Positions 23,906 to 36,800 are shown, numbered from the whole stretch's first letter. The stretch is DNA of 47,945 nt, filler included, from Circinaria calcarea (GCA_051942165.1; 2 parts of 2 records of this genome joined end to end with filler, not necessarily neighbours in it), one strand, 5' to 3'. The notes: generated by a model not told the origin, from the sequence alone. Made by a program: numbers and translations.

Positions 23906-23993
23906 CGTGATTTGAAAGCGTGTGTATGCGCAATGGAAGATATGTAGGGGACAATATGACCAGACTTCGGCTCATAGAAATATAAGGTCGGTG

Positions 23994-24093
23994 NNNNNNN
24001 NNNNNNNNNNNNNNNNNNNNNNNNNNNNNNNNNNNNNTTAATTAATTAANNNNNNNNNNNNNNNNNNNNNNNNNNNNNNNNNNNNNNNNNNNN
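23994..24093. other. Assembly gap with an artificial six-frame stop linker
   Basis: 44 N + TTAATTAATTAA (24038-24049) + 44 N gives exactly 100 nt. Confidence 0.95.
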
Positions 24094-24556
24094 TCATGTT
24101 ATAACGATCACTGTTGATGAGACGGCTCGCAGATGCATTCACAATCAATGCTGTAGCCCAGGATGATTTCTCCGACGTTCAAATACCAGATGCTCCTTCG
24201 CAACCGCCACATACGCCAAACGTCGGTGTGGAGACGCCGGTCAGTAGCGCAGTACTGAAGAAGTAATATAGGCATGAAGGGAGAATGTGAACTACACCAC
24301 AACCAGAAGCAAACCATTGGCCGCCTACTGCGGCGTTCAGGCATCGCACGGGTTGGAGGGGTGGTCGGATATAGCAGCGAGATTGGAAGACTAAATCTCT
24401 GGCGTTATTAGGACTGGGCGAATACCTACCTGATAGCCAGATCGATGTCGATCCTTGTATCATAAATCTGGATGAGAGCCGTCGTGTATTTTGCCAGGTT
24501 CGTTTAGACGAATCTAAGATTGAGGATGAGCTGTCTTACTTCCGCATACCTAAATA

Positions 24557-24915
24557 CGGCGAATTACTGCTATACCCCCCCGAACATGCCATTCGTTACT
24601 CCCATACCCCAACTTACTGCCATACCCTCTCACCCTTCTATTTTACCGCCATACCCCACCTCATACCCCACCTCCTCTATAAACCCCCACTTTTACGCGC
24701 AGGAAAAGTCAATGCGCCGTGAACGGATTCTAGATATTTTCGGTTGGTTGAACGGCCTGAACCGGGGCTTTTCGATGTATTTAAAATATCTTAAATCCGT
24801 TCACGGCGCATTGAGTTATTTAGTATAGAAAGTGAGGGATATAGAGGCAAGGGGGCAAATGGGGGGGTATGGGAGTAAGGAGTGGCATGTTCGGGGGTAT
24901 GACAGTAATTCACCG
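24557..24915. mobile_element. Non-autonomous foldback/MITE-like element (359 bp) with nested inverted repeats
   Basis: Outer imperfect TIRs of ~52-54 bp: 24557-24610 cggcgaattactgctataccc..cgaacatgccattcgttactcccatacccc versus the reverse complement of 24864-24915. Inner IR 24709-24740 versus 24783-24814 matches at 30/32. The left flank is TA and the right flank is GA. No transposase ORF. Confidence 0.8.
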
Positions 24916-25227
24916 GAATAAATATCTGTAGGATGAAACACCTCTCGGCATGAGGTGGCATTGACATTAACCTAGGGCTGCTAAAGGTTGAAGGTCGTCT
25001 ATATAGCTAGCAAGGACCATGTGACGGGTTCCAAATTCTACCTCACCCAGCCTGTGATACATGTGTCGAATCCGTATCCCATTGCAAAAAAGCAAAGCAT
25101 CCACCACGAACGCCACGGTGCACGCAGGCACTTTGGGCCAGATCGTCAAACCCACATTATCCCTTTGATAACGTTCATATCATCTTACTTGCAAAATGTA
25201 TACAGAGATCTCCATGGTATAGAACGC

Positions 25228-27703
25228 TCACTTCACCGAATTTGTGCCTGAAACAACACCAACCTGTTCTGGGATGTGGGCCTGTACACTTGCACCGGAG
25301 CGACGATGTTGATCCGAAGACTCCTCAAACTGTCGACCCGCGAAATTGTAGGTCGAAAGAGGAAAGCCGCCAGGTGACTCGAATGCTTGGAGGATGGGTG
25401 CTTGTGCTTTCCTTGGCGGACTAAGTATCTGATGTGGCTTCTCCGAAGCTGGATCAGCTGTAGTTGCAGCTGCTGCAGTCTCTATGGTCAACACTTGCGC
25501 GCTGTCCCCGTTGTTTGGCGTTGCAATTATGCCGTGCGCTTCCGACCCAAGCTCCGGCGTGCCTACACCATTTGACTTCGAGGGCGTATGCGGGATAATA
25601 TCTCCAAGGTGGGTAGTAAACCGAGGTACCACACTTGCAGCCATTGATGAATCTTGCGTGGAATGTAGATCTGCAACTGTAGAAGTTAAGCCGTTGGCCT
25701 GGGTCTCATAGATGTTGCGCCGTTGCGCGGCAGGAGTAACAAATGGACTATGCGGCCGCGAGTGATGTGAAATTCGTCTATGCACGACGGTATTTAGAAT
25801 TTGCTGATGAGCTGGATGCTGCGGGTTAGCCCATGGAGTTTGTTCAAAGAACTGTTCTTCGGCAGGGAGCCTCTGTCTTGGTAGATTTGACACAGACGGG
25901 TTGGCACGAGGATTCGATGGCTGAAATTGTTGGGCGGTTTGAGGCTGTGGTGTAATCTAGGGGTTGAATCAGTGTAACGGTACCAGTGTCGTTGCCAGTT
26001 GTGACTTACTCCCATGCTCCTCAGATCATCATCTATGTCGCTCGAAGGCGCCCCACATATTTCTGGGGCTGCGGGAAACCCAACGTATTTTGCGATACCT
26101 GACAAAATGGATACTTCGGCATTATATGCAGTTTGCTGAGCGATTTGATGTGACCTTCGGGTAGGGAACATGTACATGTATTCCGGAAGATCTCCATCCC
26201 AGTTTCTCCGCTCACGTTGTATTTGATACCATTCCTTGTTGGCCTGCTCTAAAGTCCTGTCTCGAATGTCACGAACGGTTTGGACGTACTGACTGTGATG
26301 CTGCGCTCTTTCTCCTACACTGGTCCTTTCGAGCGCTTGCAGCTTATAGTGTAGTAGTATATGTTCGTGTTCAATCTTTTCATTGCGGCGTTGATCAATA
26401 CATTCCATCATAGCCAGATAGTCGGGATGGTTTGGATTTGGATGATTGAGCTGGGCAAGTTCCTCGTTATATTGAGCCAGTCGATCATCAAACAGCCTAT
26501 ATTCAGAGTTAGGTCCGAGATCGACGGTGTGCTTTAGATCTAGGCAAGCTCACTTGTCCCTTAATGTAGCGAAGCACCTTTCAATTGCGCTTAATGCATC
26601 CAGAGCTGTCCTCTTCTTATTGACTAGAGCCAGAACACGTCAGAAATTTAATGAGAAACCAGCTTTTGGGTTATTCCTAAAGCGAGACACTCACATTCTT
26701 CTTCGTTACGCGCTGCTACATTAGCTGCAGTACCATCATCATCCCCTACCTCAGCATCCTCCCCATTGCTAAGTGCTGCATCCACTGCGTCAGCATCCTC
26801 TATCAGAGTATCATCCGCCAAAAGAGTTTGTTTCGGCTGACCAAGAGCTCCTGCTGCAAATACGTTGACATTCCTCTCCTGTGTAAGCCGTTTATCCAAA
26901 TTAACTTTAGAAACTCGAAGACTCTGTGAAATGGCTCGCGATGCTCCTGTATCGGAAAGCTCATAATCCTCAGTTCTACCGCCCACGACATCCAGGGAGT
27001 CTGCCCCATGATTGACATGCTTTTCTAAGTGAGCTGCCACCTTTTTTAAAGACTCGGCTGTGGCGTCCAGGTCACTTTCGACATGATCTCGCGTCGGGCG
27101 TTTCCGCTTTATTCCTTGCTTGATCGGAGAGGTAGGTCGGCTGGTTTCTGTCGCAGAATCGCCCAATGAGGAGATCTCTGACATTTGGTCGATCTGATCG
27201 AGTTCCAAAATATCGTCTCCGAGGCCTGACGCATTGGCAAGACCCACTTGCTGAAGCGTCTTATCCTTGCTTTCGATACCCGATTGCACAAGACTCGTCG
27301 CTCTCTCAATGTCATGTCTTTTGGATGAGCTTAAAATGACGTGTTTTTGCTTCCGTAGCTTCTGGGGCGATTCTTCCAAACGCTCCGTTTCTGCCTCTGT
27401 ATCATCGCCCTCAGGCCCCTGTGGAAACTCTACATGATTATTCTCCACTAATTCATTGCCTGGACGATCCTCTATATCACTGAGACTGCTTGACCTATCA
27501 TCTCCGTCTGATCGGGGGATTAGGTGACCACCCATGTAGTTTTTAGGTGAACCGGTATCCTTTGACACCATATTTCCATCTGTCACATTTGGGTCGAGTG
27601 GGCTTGGTAGTTGCCGGGCAGTTGTTGCTTGGTGTGAAGGGAACGTCTCTGCCATCTGCGAAGCTGATGTCGTTTTCGGAATTTGGGGCAGATTGAAACC
27701 CAT
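25228..27703 (-). CDS. DEP1: Sds3-like domain protein, Rpd3L histone deacetylase complex subunit (Dep1-like)
   Basis: Motifs SSSLSD, DTEAETERLEESP, A.DAL..IE..FA.LRDKL..RL..EL..L, HPDY and EVSILSGIAKYVGFPAAP. Exons 27703-26695, 26623-26554, 26496-26010 and 25956-25228 join in frame. Confidence 0.85.
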
Positions 27704-28632
27704 TGCGTGGGGCGATAAAGAGCGAAGAGTGGTCCGCTCAGGTGCTGCGGTAAGATCTAAATTTCGAGGAACCGGTTGAGCTGTGACTTATCAGTAGACT
27801 GTTCTATGAGGTATCGCTTTACTATCACACATTGTACAGGTTGTAATGCGACTTGACCGGGCGGGAAGCCGATGCTGGCTAGGCGCAAAACAACATTGCT
27901 TGAGCATGCGGAAATCAGGCAGTGTAAAAGCAGAAAAATATCATTGTCGTATCGAGTCATTGCGACTTAGGGAATGACAGGTTCCAGAAGGAAGCCCTTG
28001 GTCCTGACATACTGAGGGGTCGCGGAGGCCGGACTCACATTCAGGGAGAAGATGGTCGACTGTGCTGCCAAAATACTTCAGTCTCGCCCGACTGGCCCGT
28101 GGCAGAACATTCATGCTGGCGTAGCGTCCGTTTGATGTCTAGTATACCGGTCTTATATATTCTAAAGCCAGTAAACGTAGGGGAGATACCATAAGAAGAG
28201 TGCTCCCCATGCGGCAACTCAGGTAGGTGGTAGGAGTGGTGTGACAGGTGAACTGAGAAGAATCTGAGGAGATTCGATTCTGAATGCGCTGCAGGGTGTC
28301 CTCCGCCAGCACCCAAATCTACTTTGTAAAGAGTGTGTGTGGAAACGAAGCTTTGTACAAGGACTCGTTAAGTTTACCTGAGTGATGGTAAATGACCATC
28401 GTAACGCTTTTAGCGAGTCAACGAACCCCCCCCCCCCCTACTTTTAGTGACTGATAAGGGAATCCGGAGAGGATTTTCACCGACGACGTTCTAGCCCAAG
28501 TCAGATTAGGTGAGTCTATCTCGTCGACAAAAGTTGTATTGTTTGCTATTACATACAAAGTTTTGGCAAGATTGATCATTCATTGAGCACTGGGAACGGA
28601 CAACGAAGCTACTAAGAGGCAAGTCGAGCATC

Positions 28633-30499
28633 ATGACAGCCACGAAAATATCAAGAGGCACAAGCAAACCAATCAGTAAGAAGTCAGAGCATTCAAAGGA
28701 CCAGTTGATACCGACATCCAAGAATGTTGATCCCACTTTAGCGGCACTTTTTGACTCCACTGTATGTACAACAGACCGTATTTTCTTGGAGGTCTGAACA
28801 TATCTAATATTATACAGTTGGGAAGTGCTAAGAATACGTCACCCAGCCCTTCGACCCCTTTGAATATAATCCGTTCGAATACGAGCCTCGAGATATCTTC
28901 ACAGGGGGAACACAAGTCTTACAACCCGAAAGGAAGAATTGCTAGAGCCAGCTCCAGCTCATCAGAACGTGAAGCTGTCAAGCCAGGGGCTACGAAAAAC
29001 CCTAGAGACAATCTACCACTACACCTTCAAGTGCGTGATGGCAAAATCCCCTTTTCCACCACTAAATCAACCCGCAAGCGCAAGCGCAAGGAGCAGGAAG
29101 ACGATGTAGAGGAGTCATACATGCAGCGTCTAGCAGATGAAGATACAAAGGACCAACTTGGAAGTCAACAAGGCCTAGCTCAGAAGAAGTTAAACGTAGA
29201 CGGCAGGGCGGATAGCAGTGACGGAGGAGAGACTGAAAACGGCAATGTACCTAATCTAGAATACGAAGAAACTTCGGCTGTTCCCGATCAAGACGAAGAA
29301 AGTCTTCTAATCCCACAGCATGAGAGCTTTGGATCCTCCAAGCACGTCATTGACCTCGAGAAAGCTTCTCGTACTGTATTCCTGGCGAATGTTTCCACTT
29401 TAGCTATCAAATCCAAAGCTTCTAGAAGAGTATTGCTTGATCATTTGGCGTCTGTCTTCCCGTTTATGCCTGATCATAAGCCCGCCCACAAGGTGGAATC
29501 GATCCGGTTTCGGTCCACAGCGTTCGCTACCTCATCTGTCCCGAAGAAAGCTGCCTTTGCCAAGAAAGAACTTATGGATGCAACAACGAAAAGTACAAAT
29601 GCTTATGCCGTCTATTCCACGCCATCGGCTGCCAGAGAAGCCACCAAAAGGTTAAATGGGACGAAGGTGCTCGACAGACGTCTCCGAGTGGATGGAGTTG
29701 CTCACCCCGCCAAGACCGACCATCGAAGATGTGTTTTTGTTGGTAACTTGGGGTTCGTCGATGACGAAGGCACGATACGAGCTGCAGAAGATGAGGATAG
29801 CAACAAAAAACCAAGAAAAGCCAGGGAGCCTAGTGATATTGAAGAAGGGTTGTGGCGACAATTTAGTAAGGCTGGGACTGTCGAAAATGTGCGAGTGGTT
29901 AGGGATAAAGCTACCCGAGTCGGTAAAGGTATTGCCTACGTGCAATTCCAGGTAAGCTTTGAGAGTGATAGGATTAACCAAGATAGTCTGCGCGATTGCT
30001 GATCATGACGCTCCAGGACGCCAATGCCGTCGAGAAGGCCCTGTTATATAACGAGAAAAAGTTTCCCCCAATGTTACCTCGTGTACTCAGAGTTACCCGG
30101 GCGAAGAGCCTCAGGAAGACCGCCTCATACACTAACTCGACCAGGGGTGTCAAGAAGACCCCTCAAGCTAGGGGCACTGAAGTATACAAGCCAAAGCTCT
30201 CGTCCCGAGTACAATCCTTGTCGGGTCGAGCTGGCAAGATGTTTGGCCGCGCTGGAGCCGCTCGACTGAAGAATTACAGTGATGACCAAATGGCAAAGGA
30301 TAGTAGTATGACGCATCTCAAGGGGATTACAAAGACCTCCGAATCTATCGTTTTCGAAGGCTATCGAGCGAGCAGCAGGCAGAGCAAAGGTACACTAAAG
30401 TCAGGAGGTCCAGGGATGAGCCGGGGAAAGCCTCGAACCCGTAGCAGTAAACGAGGGGCAGCGTTCAAGGCTTCGGGTGAGAAAAAGCGTCGAACTTGA
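28633..30499 (+). CDS. NOP12: Nucleolar protein 12 (two RRMs)
   Basis: Motifs VDPTLAALF, RTVFLANV, ESIRFRS, STNAYAVY, RCVFVGNL, VRVVRDKATRVGKGIAYVQF and VFEGYRA, plus a basic tail. Exons 28633-28761, 28818-29951 and 30017-30499. Confidence 0.92.
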
Positions 30500-31500
30500 G
30501 CGTCAGCCATTTTGTCTATCTTGGGTGTGGTTGAGAGGCTGATGCACGACCGAACACTCATGTCACAGCAGCAATCATGTGCTCCGACCGATTAGCAAGG
30601 TACTATTAGAAATCCAAAGTACTTTGGCCCAATAGCGATACTTTATCCACTCTACAACCATGCTGAATCATGACAATGGAGAGTAGAATAACACCGGCCA
30701 AGCAGAAGGTCTTCGTAGCAGTGAATCCCACCATTTCCTTCCTTCGATGCATTCGCCAGTAATCCCGGCTCTGGCTGTTTAATATCAGAGAAAGCAGAGC
30801 CATGGTCTGCCATAGACTGATGCTCGATGGCTACCGTATTACCGACGGGTTATACATGCAAATCTCTCATGATTCGAGAAAGTGCCAGCTGTCCAGGAAT
30901 GATCGTGGACGTATGCTGATTGATGGATAGGTTCATCGGTGGGAGCGGCAGGTCCTAGCAATAACAACAACAATAGGACCTGATGTATGTGTAGATCTTA
31001 TTGAGTGATGGACCGTGCATCTAGCGCCCGCAGTTGGTTCCAGGTTTGCTCTATGCGGCACTTCAGTTGACATGAACCGTGCCATCCCATCCCCCCGTTT
31101 GATCGGAGGAGATTACACGTAGCTGTGTTTCGAGTTATATCTGCTTCCAGTCGCTCTTACTTCCTTACTCAGCAAGACCTCAAACATCTAATCTCTTCCT
31201 GCACGCGTCAAGGTCCTATTAGACTCGCCGACGAGACGATGCAATGCGTGTACGTCAGGCGACGTACATCGAATTCCATCGCTGTGCACTACCGACGAAA
31301 CAAAGCACCATTGCGTTCAAAGACCCACCTAAGCACAGATATTCTATAGAAAAGTAATAGGCTTGCAATGAAATCGCGTTCATCAAGTCCAAATCCCGAG
31401 GTTTTGTGCGTGGGAACGTTCAGGTTGGAGACCGTTACCGGTATGCGATATTCTAAATATCTTCGCGTTAACGTACAATACGTAAATTACTCCATCCACC

Positions 31501-32613
31501 ATGTCAAGATCTTTGCTTCCAACGCGCGACTCCTGTGACGGAGACAGTACTCACGAATCCACAGAAGCGCCGCAGCTCAGCCTCAACGAACTCTTTACAC
31601 CCACAATGAGCTTCAATGGCGTTACAGGCTTCCTCCATGATCCCGGCACCTCCAAGACGCCCAATGGTAGTTCACCGCCAGCGTCAAGCCATACCCCTCG
31701 CTCCACGATGAACGACAACAAAACACCCACCAAGCAGCTTGCGAGCATTAGCCGTATTGGATCTCCACTCCACTCGGAAGCGAACGTTTCAAGCCTCAGC
31801 GTAGGAATGTCATCAGCTCCAGAGACTCCAGCTAGCGAGAGCAATGACCCTTGGTCGTCCGCCGTCGGGAGGGCCACAACGGGCAAGTCGGGTCGAGTCA
31901 TAGAGAGGCTCATGGGAGACAATGACCGACTACACAAAGAGATTAAGCTTGCTACTGTTAGACTAGAGGAAGAGGTCAAGAGGAGCGAATCAGCAACAGC
32001 AGCTCTGGATTCCTTGCGCTCTACGAACGAAAATCTCAAAGCGATACATGAAACCGGTAGAGCCGCTCTTTTGAGAAAGGACCGGAAAATCGAGGAGCTA
32101 AAGGCCGATTTGGAGGCTGAAAGGGCACGCCGGGAACAAGCAGAGAAGGAGACGAAGATCATAGGGTTAGAGAGAGATGATATCGTCGGCAGCTGCAGAA
32201 GGGAACTGCACGAAGAGAAGGAGCGTGCCAGGAAGTCGACGAGTCAGTACGAGATCCTTTCGAGTTCGTGGAAGAGTCTAGCTGCCAGCTACAATCGTCA
32301 GACCCAAAAAATAAAGATGGACGTCAAGGCATTATTCGACGCAAGAACGGAGGATCAGCAGAGATTGGCACAACTCGACGTCGTGGTTGGGCAGCTCCAC
32401 CAAGAGTGTGAGAAGACAAGGAGGGTAAAGGATAAAGTGGCGCAGGAATTCGAGCAGTACAAGAGGGAACAGGAAGAGAGTATTAGAAACATTAGAGAAA
32501 GAGCCGAGAGGAACGCCTCCGCGCATGAGGAAGTTTCAAAGGAAATGGAAAAGGTGTTGGGGGAGATGAAATATGTCATCAACGTCAAGAGGGATGTTAA
32601 AGGCGCAGAGTAA
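31501..32613 (+). CDS. Conserved fungal coiled-coil protein (370 aa)
   Basis: S/T/P-rich N-terminus, motif WSSAVGRATTGKSGRVIERL, then a long heptad-rich coiled coil. From memory, homologues are loosely labelled She3-like; this is unverified. Confidence 0.8.
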   Translation: MSRSLLPTRDSCDGDSTHESTEAPQLSLNELFTPTMSFNGVTGFLHDPGTSKTPNGSSPPASSHTPRSTMNDNKTPTKQLASISRIGSPLHSEANVSSLSVGMSSAPETPASESNDPWSSAVGRATTGKSGRVIERLMGDNDRLHKEIKLATVRLEEEVKRSESATAALDSLRSTNENLKAIHETGRAALLRKDRKIEELKADLEAERARREQAEKETKIIGLERDDIVGSCRRELHEEKERARKSTSQYEILSSSWKSLAASYNRQTQKIKMDVKALFDARTEDQQRLAQLDVVVGQLHQECEKTRRVKDKVAQEFEQYKREQEESIRNIRERAERNASAHEEVSKEMEKVLGEMKYVINVKRDVKGAE

Positions 32614-33164
32614 CTTAGGGGTGCAGATTCTCATGGATCCTTCCTATTGTCACGATGAGTAATGACAAGCGAGATACCCAGACCTTGCATGGCGCTGGCG
32701 TTTGGATAGGGGATTGGGGCGTGGCAAGGAGCTCGGCAATGGCATGTACCCATGGTTCTTATGTCATAGAAGTGCCTCAAACATCAAAACGCTGTACTCT
32801 CTTATTAAGAGCTGCAATTCATATCCTAGAGATCCACTTCTAGGGAATACCTCCTGTTATTACTGCCCTTGTGTCCTTGCGTGCTTGACCGAATGATATG
32901 AAGGTGCATTGTGACTGTTCCCCCTATAAAATGCAAAATGAAACCTCTTTCATGTACCTCGGGTACTTAGTCTACCATTGTGTATGGGAGGCTTTTTCGG
33001 CACTCTTCGAATAAAGCAGCTGCCCTAACTACAACCTGGTCTGATTTAGAACCTCTCTCATTAGCTAAACGAGGTGTTGCCAGAGGTCGTTCACATCTAA
33101 AAACTTCAATGTATCTACGCTAATACCCGAGGTCTTTTCCAAATATATAAACACGCATTCTGAA

Positions 33165-33250
33165 CCACTCACACTCACATCCACACTCACACTCACACCC
33201 ACACTCACACTCACACCCACTCACACACACACATATATATATACACATAC
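33165..33250. repeat. Compound microsatellite (CACACT)n/(CA)n/(TA)n
   Basis: ccactcacactcacatccacactcacactcacacccacactcacactcacacccactcacacacacacatatatatatacacatac. Confidence 0.9.
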
Positions 33251-33884
33251 TGCGCCTGGTCCTTTCGGACAGTCGCAGTTTATTTTGGATAACAGACTAG
33301 ATTTCTCCATCACAGAGAGACCCAGCATCAAGGCATCCTCCTTTTGGTACGTTCACAGATTCGACTGCTGTCGTCTTTGGGGCTGATAGTGCGACCCTTA
33401 CCATCCGAGCATGTGTTGCGGCAGTAGAGGTATGCTTGCTGACTCATCTGTGCATATAAGTGGACATTTCTTCGATGCTGTCTGTCCTGGTGCTTTTCGG
33501 AGCATCTGGATTGCCGGCGCTTCTTGACGCATCCAGATATCTGGATCATATATCCAAGTACCCAGTCTTTGGACGGTCGAATCCTCGGCACTCGGGTAGC
33601 GTGGCTACCTGAGCTGCTTATATCTATAGCACGTAAGGTATGAGCCCCCTTTGTCTTATCTGGGCCAAGTACTCGGTGGATTCTCGCTCAGTACAGGTCT
33701 GTGACCATGTGTGTATCATGCAACTTCTAACTTAACTAAATCCGCTCCAACATACGCCCTCAACACCAATCGCTTGTCAAACTTTGAAGACGTCGAAAAA
33801 CATCCAGCAATACGTGCACTGCTCTATCTTTTGCTCTCCTCTTCTCTCAAACATGAGCAGAATAATTCTCACCCCAAGGCGTAC

Positions 33885-36800
33885 ATGCAGCTGACTGCCG
33901 TCTCCAGTGCCGTTATAAAATCTGGTGAAAACATCAGGTAAGGAACGGTTCTTATAAATCTCACCCCCTGTTGCCATGGCAATACATTCAGAGTCCGATA
34001 GCTACAAGTCATAGAGAAGCCCTGGCAACTTTCAGTAATCTGACCATACACGAACACTGTGGCAAAGCTCATCACCTTGAATTTTCAGTTTGGTGATCCT
34101 TTCGGGTAAGCGCAGATCGCTTAAGAAGCAAACAAGTGCTTGCCATCTTTGAGCGTCTTCCTATTTTCTATCTTTGCCACCAGCAACTCAACGTCAACAG
34201 TTTTCCAAATACGCGACTCATAGCTTCATAAACTAAGCGCGTCATTCATCCCAGGGCTAAACTCTTCCCGGACCGACTTGGCTAACCGCGATGCAGGTAT
34301 GTTCATGTTCACCCCATACCGTTCACCTAAGCTGAAGACATCAACACCACAGGGCGCAATGGAGAATTCTGTCCACCACATCTTCGGCTCGGCGTATGAG
34401 TTTAGGAGTCCGGAGGTTAGCAGAATCTTCGTTTCTTATGCTCCCCACAAGCTGAAGTTGTTCTAGGAGCTCATAGACAAGTTTCTGTATGTGCTCTACG
34501 AAATCATCGAGTAGGCTCGTCTGCTGACCCGACCTCTCCAGTTCAACCGAAGCAGGGACACAAGCGGAGTGCAGATTCGCTAATAATAAAGTTTGTCAAC
34601 ACCCGGTAATAGTGTACATCATGCTGAGAATAGTTCGATATAGTTCTATATCAAATGTCCCAAAGAAATGAACGACAGGACTTTCATTTTGTTTCTGAAC
34701 ATGTACAAGGCATACATCGCGACTGAGCTGGCTCGCGAACCCGACGTCTTTGAGGTGAGATACAGATCGCTGCACCACTGCCAGATCATGTGCAGGGTAG
34801 TACTAATAGGATGAAACTGCAGGTGCCTAAGGTCACGAGAAGCAAGGACTCTCTAATCGAAGACGCGTTGACTAGAGGTGAGGACGATACGATCGCGGCT
34901 GACGAATGGAATTTTCCGAATCGATATGCGGGGACCGGGAACGACCAGCAACTGATTGTACATGAACCAATCACCAAGACTTGGTGCCCACCAAGAGCCG
35001 AAAAGTTCGTCAAAAAGGTTTTCACCGTTCAGTTGATGCGAGATGTAGAAAATCTCACCGGCTGTCGAGTCGAGTTGAGTGAGACAAGCGGTCAGCTTAT
35101 TGTTAGAGGGGAGCTCATGGACAACGTTGACAATGCAATCAAGAAGCTCAAGGCTATTGACAAGACGCATGTGAGTATCTTATGAGGCTTACCTAATTTG
35201 ATGCTCACCTTCACAGACCGAACGGGAACTAGAGGCTGAACGTGGAATTGCCAATTTCTATGTTCACGAGGATGAACTCAACTATCATCTAATGCTCATG
35301 GCGGCAACACAATTGAAGGACCGGCGTTTGGTACCAATCTTCCGCCTTCAGCCACCACGGTATTTCGCAGTTACTATGATGAGATGGAACTCGGATACCG
35401 AAGTTTATGAACCGACCTTGCGCAATTTAGAACCCCTACAGACGGTACCAGAAAGACCTCGACTGTGGAATTCTTACGTGTACAATTCTTACGGCGACGA
35501 AGTGAATAATCCAGCACGTTGGGCTCAGCAACCGATAATACCCTCTACGTCCAACCGTGAAGGTCCTATCCACCCCATCCTGCCTCACGAAAAATTCACA
35601 GCCGTTGCAAAATGGAACGACGAGGCTTCTACTGCGAAGTCGAATGCGTTCAAGATGGCAACGGAAGACGACGAGAACCGTCAACTTGCTTCAGGGAGCC
35701 GTAGAGGAATACTCCCAGCGTCAGAAAGAGCGTCTTGTGCAGAGCAATACAAAAAGACGGAGCGGATAGCGCTAAACAAAGAACACATGGCGGCATTTAC
35801 GGGTCCAATTACAGATACCTCTGTTATGCTTTCCAAGGCCTCTAAATTCCATGCGGCGACACCACCTATTACCGCAACTCCTTCCTCTATTGGACCTGTT
35901 GCTACATACGCTGCACTACAAATTGCTTCTTCAGAGACTCCCCAGGAGATGAGACCTCCACCAATTCGAGGACCAATCATGCCTAAGAAACCGAACCCTC
36001 CAGCGACACCAAATCAGGAGGCAGGAATACCAGATAGGAACAATCCTACGGAGACAACTAGCTCAATGGCTTGGTCAACCAACATTGTCCGAGGAGAGGA
36101 AACCGGAGATCTACTTGGCATCGGGCAATCCCAATCGACGCCAAAAGATGGCAACCAAAAAGCCAATCGTTTCAATGAAAATAAGCAGTTGGAAACAGAA
36201 GAGGATACTCGTCGTTACCGCCGCAATAAATCCCTGAAGAAGTCTCCAGGGAATGCCGGACTTAGAAATGACGCTCCAGTCATAGCAAAAATTGAGAAGT
36301 CCGCCATGTCGATCTTATATCTAATAAGATCAGTAACCGGCCTAATAAGACTCAAAGTCCCCCTTGGACACGTCTACGTTGAGGGCCGCCGTGTGTCACG
36401 TGAATATAAACGTCACCCCTTTCCAGCCAGTGAATGGTCATCCGTTTTCCAACCACACCAGCGAATGGGCCATGTCTCCACGATTTTCTCGAACTTGTAA
36501 GCCCAACTACACTGTGGCTTCTTGCTTTGAGGTACTGAACAGGTCGGACAGGCTCACGACTTCCTGGATCGATGCCGAATACATACTTGATCTCAAGTTA
36601 GCCCGCAGTCAGAGGATGTTTTCCGAGTCCAGCACAAAATCAAGTGTGATATACGAGATCAAATGCTCCAGCAGCAGGTCCGGGGTGGAGGCGTAAGTTT
36701 AAACCACGTGCTTACTAGATACACAATTTCTAATCTCAACAGCGTGCTTGAATTGGATGAAAACGGAGTTCATACGGTACGTCTACTAATGCCCCAGGGC

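Noticed and set aside
24038..24049. Palindromic TTAATTAATTAA island as a biological motif
   Set aside because: It is centred in exactly 44+44 Ns and encodes stops in all six frames, so it is an artificial contig-joining linker.
24108..24828. Short ORFs near the gap and across the foldback element
   Set aside because: No protein-like features. The 24520-24828 ORF is a translation of repeat sequence with no transposase motif.
31551..32162. 203-aa antisense ORF and similar shadow ORFs (e.g. 414-641, 19201-19551, 46656-47093)
   Set aside because: They overlap well-supported genes on the opposite strand and have no motifs; they are codon-bias artefacts.
34281..34302. Zero-length exon / recursive splice site (gctaac..cag|gtatgt)
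   Set aside because: An ordinary in-frame 42-nt exon (34255-34296) with its own acceptor explains the site. Recursive splicing is not needed, though only RNA data could exclude it.
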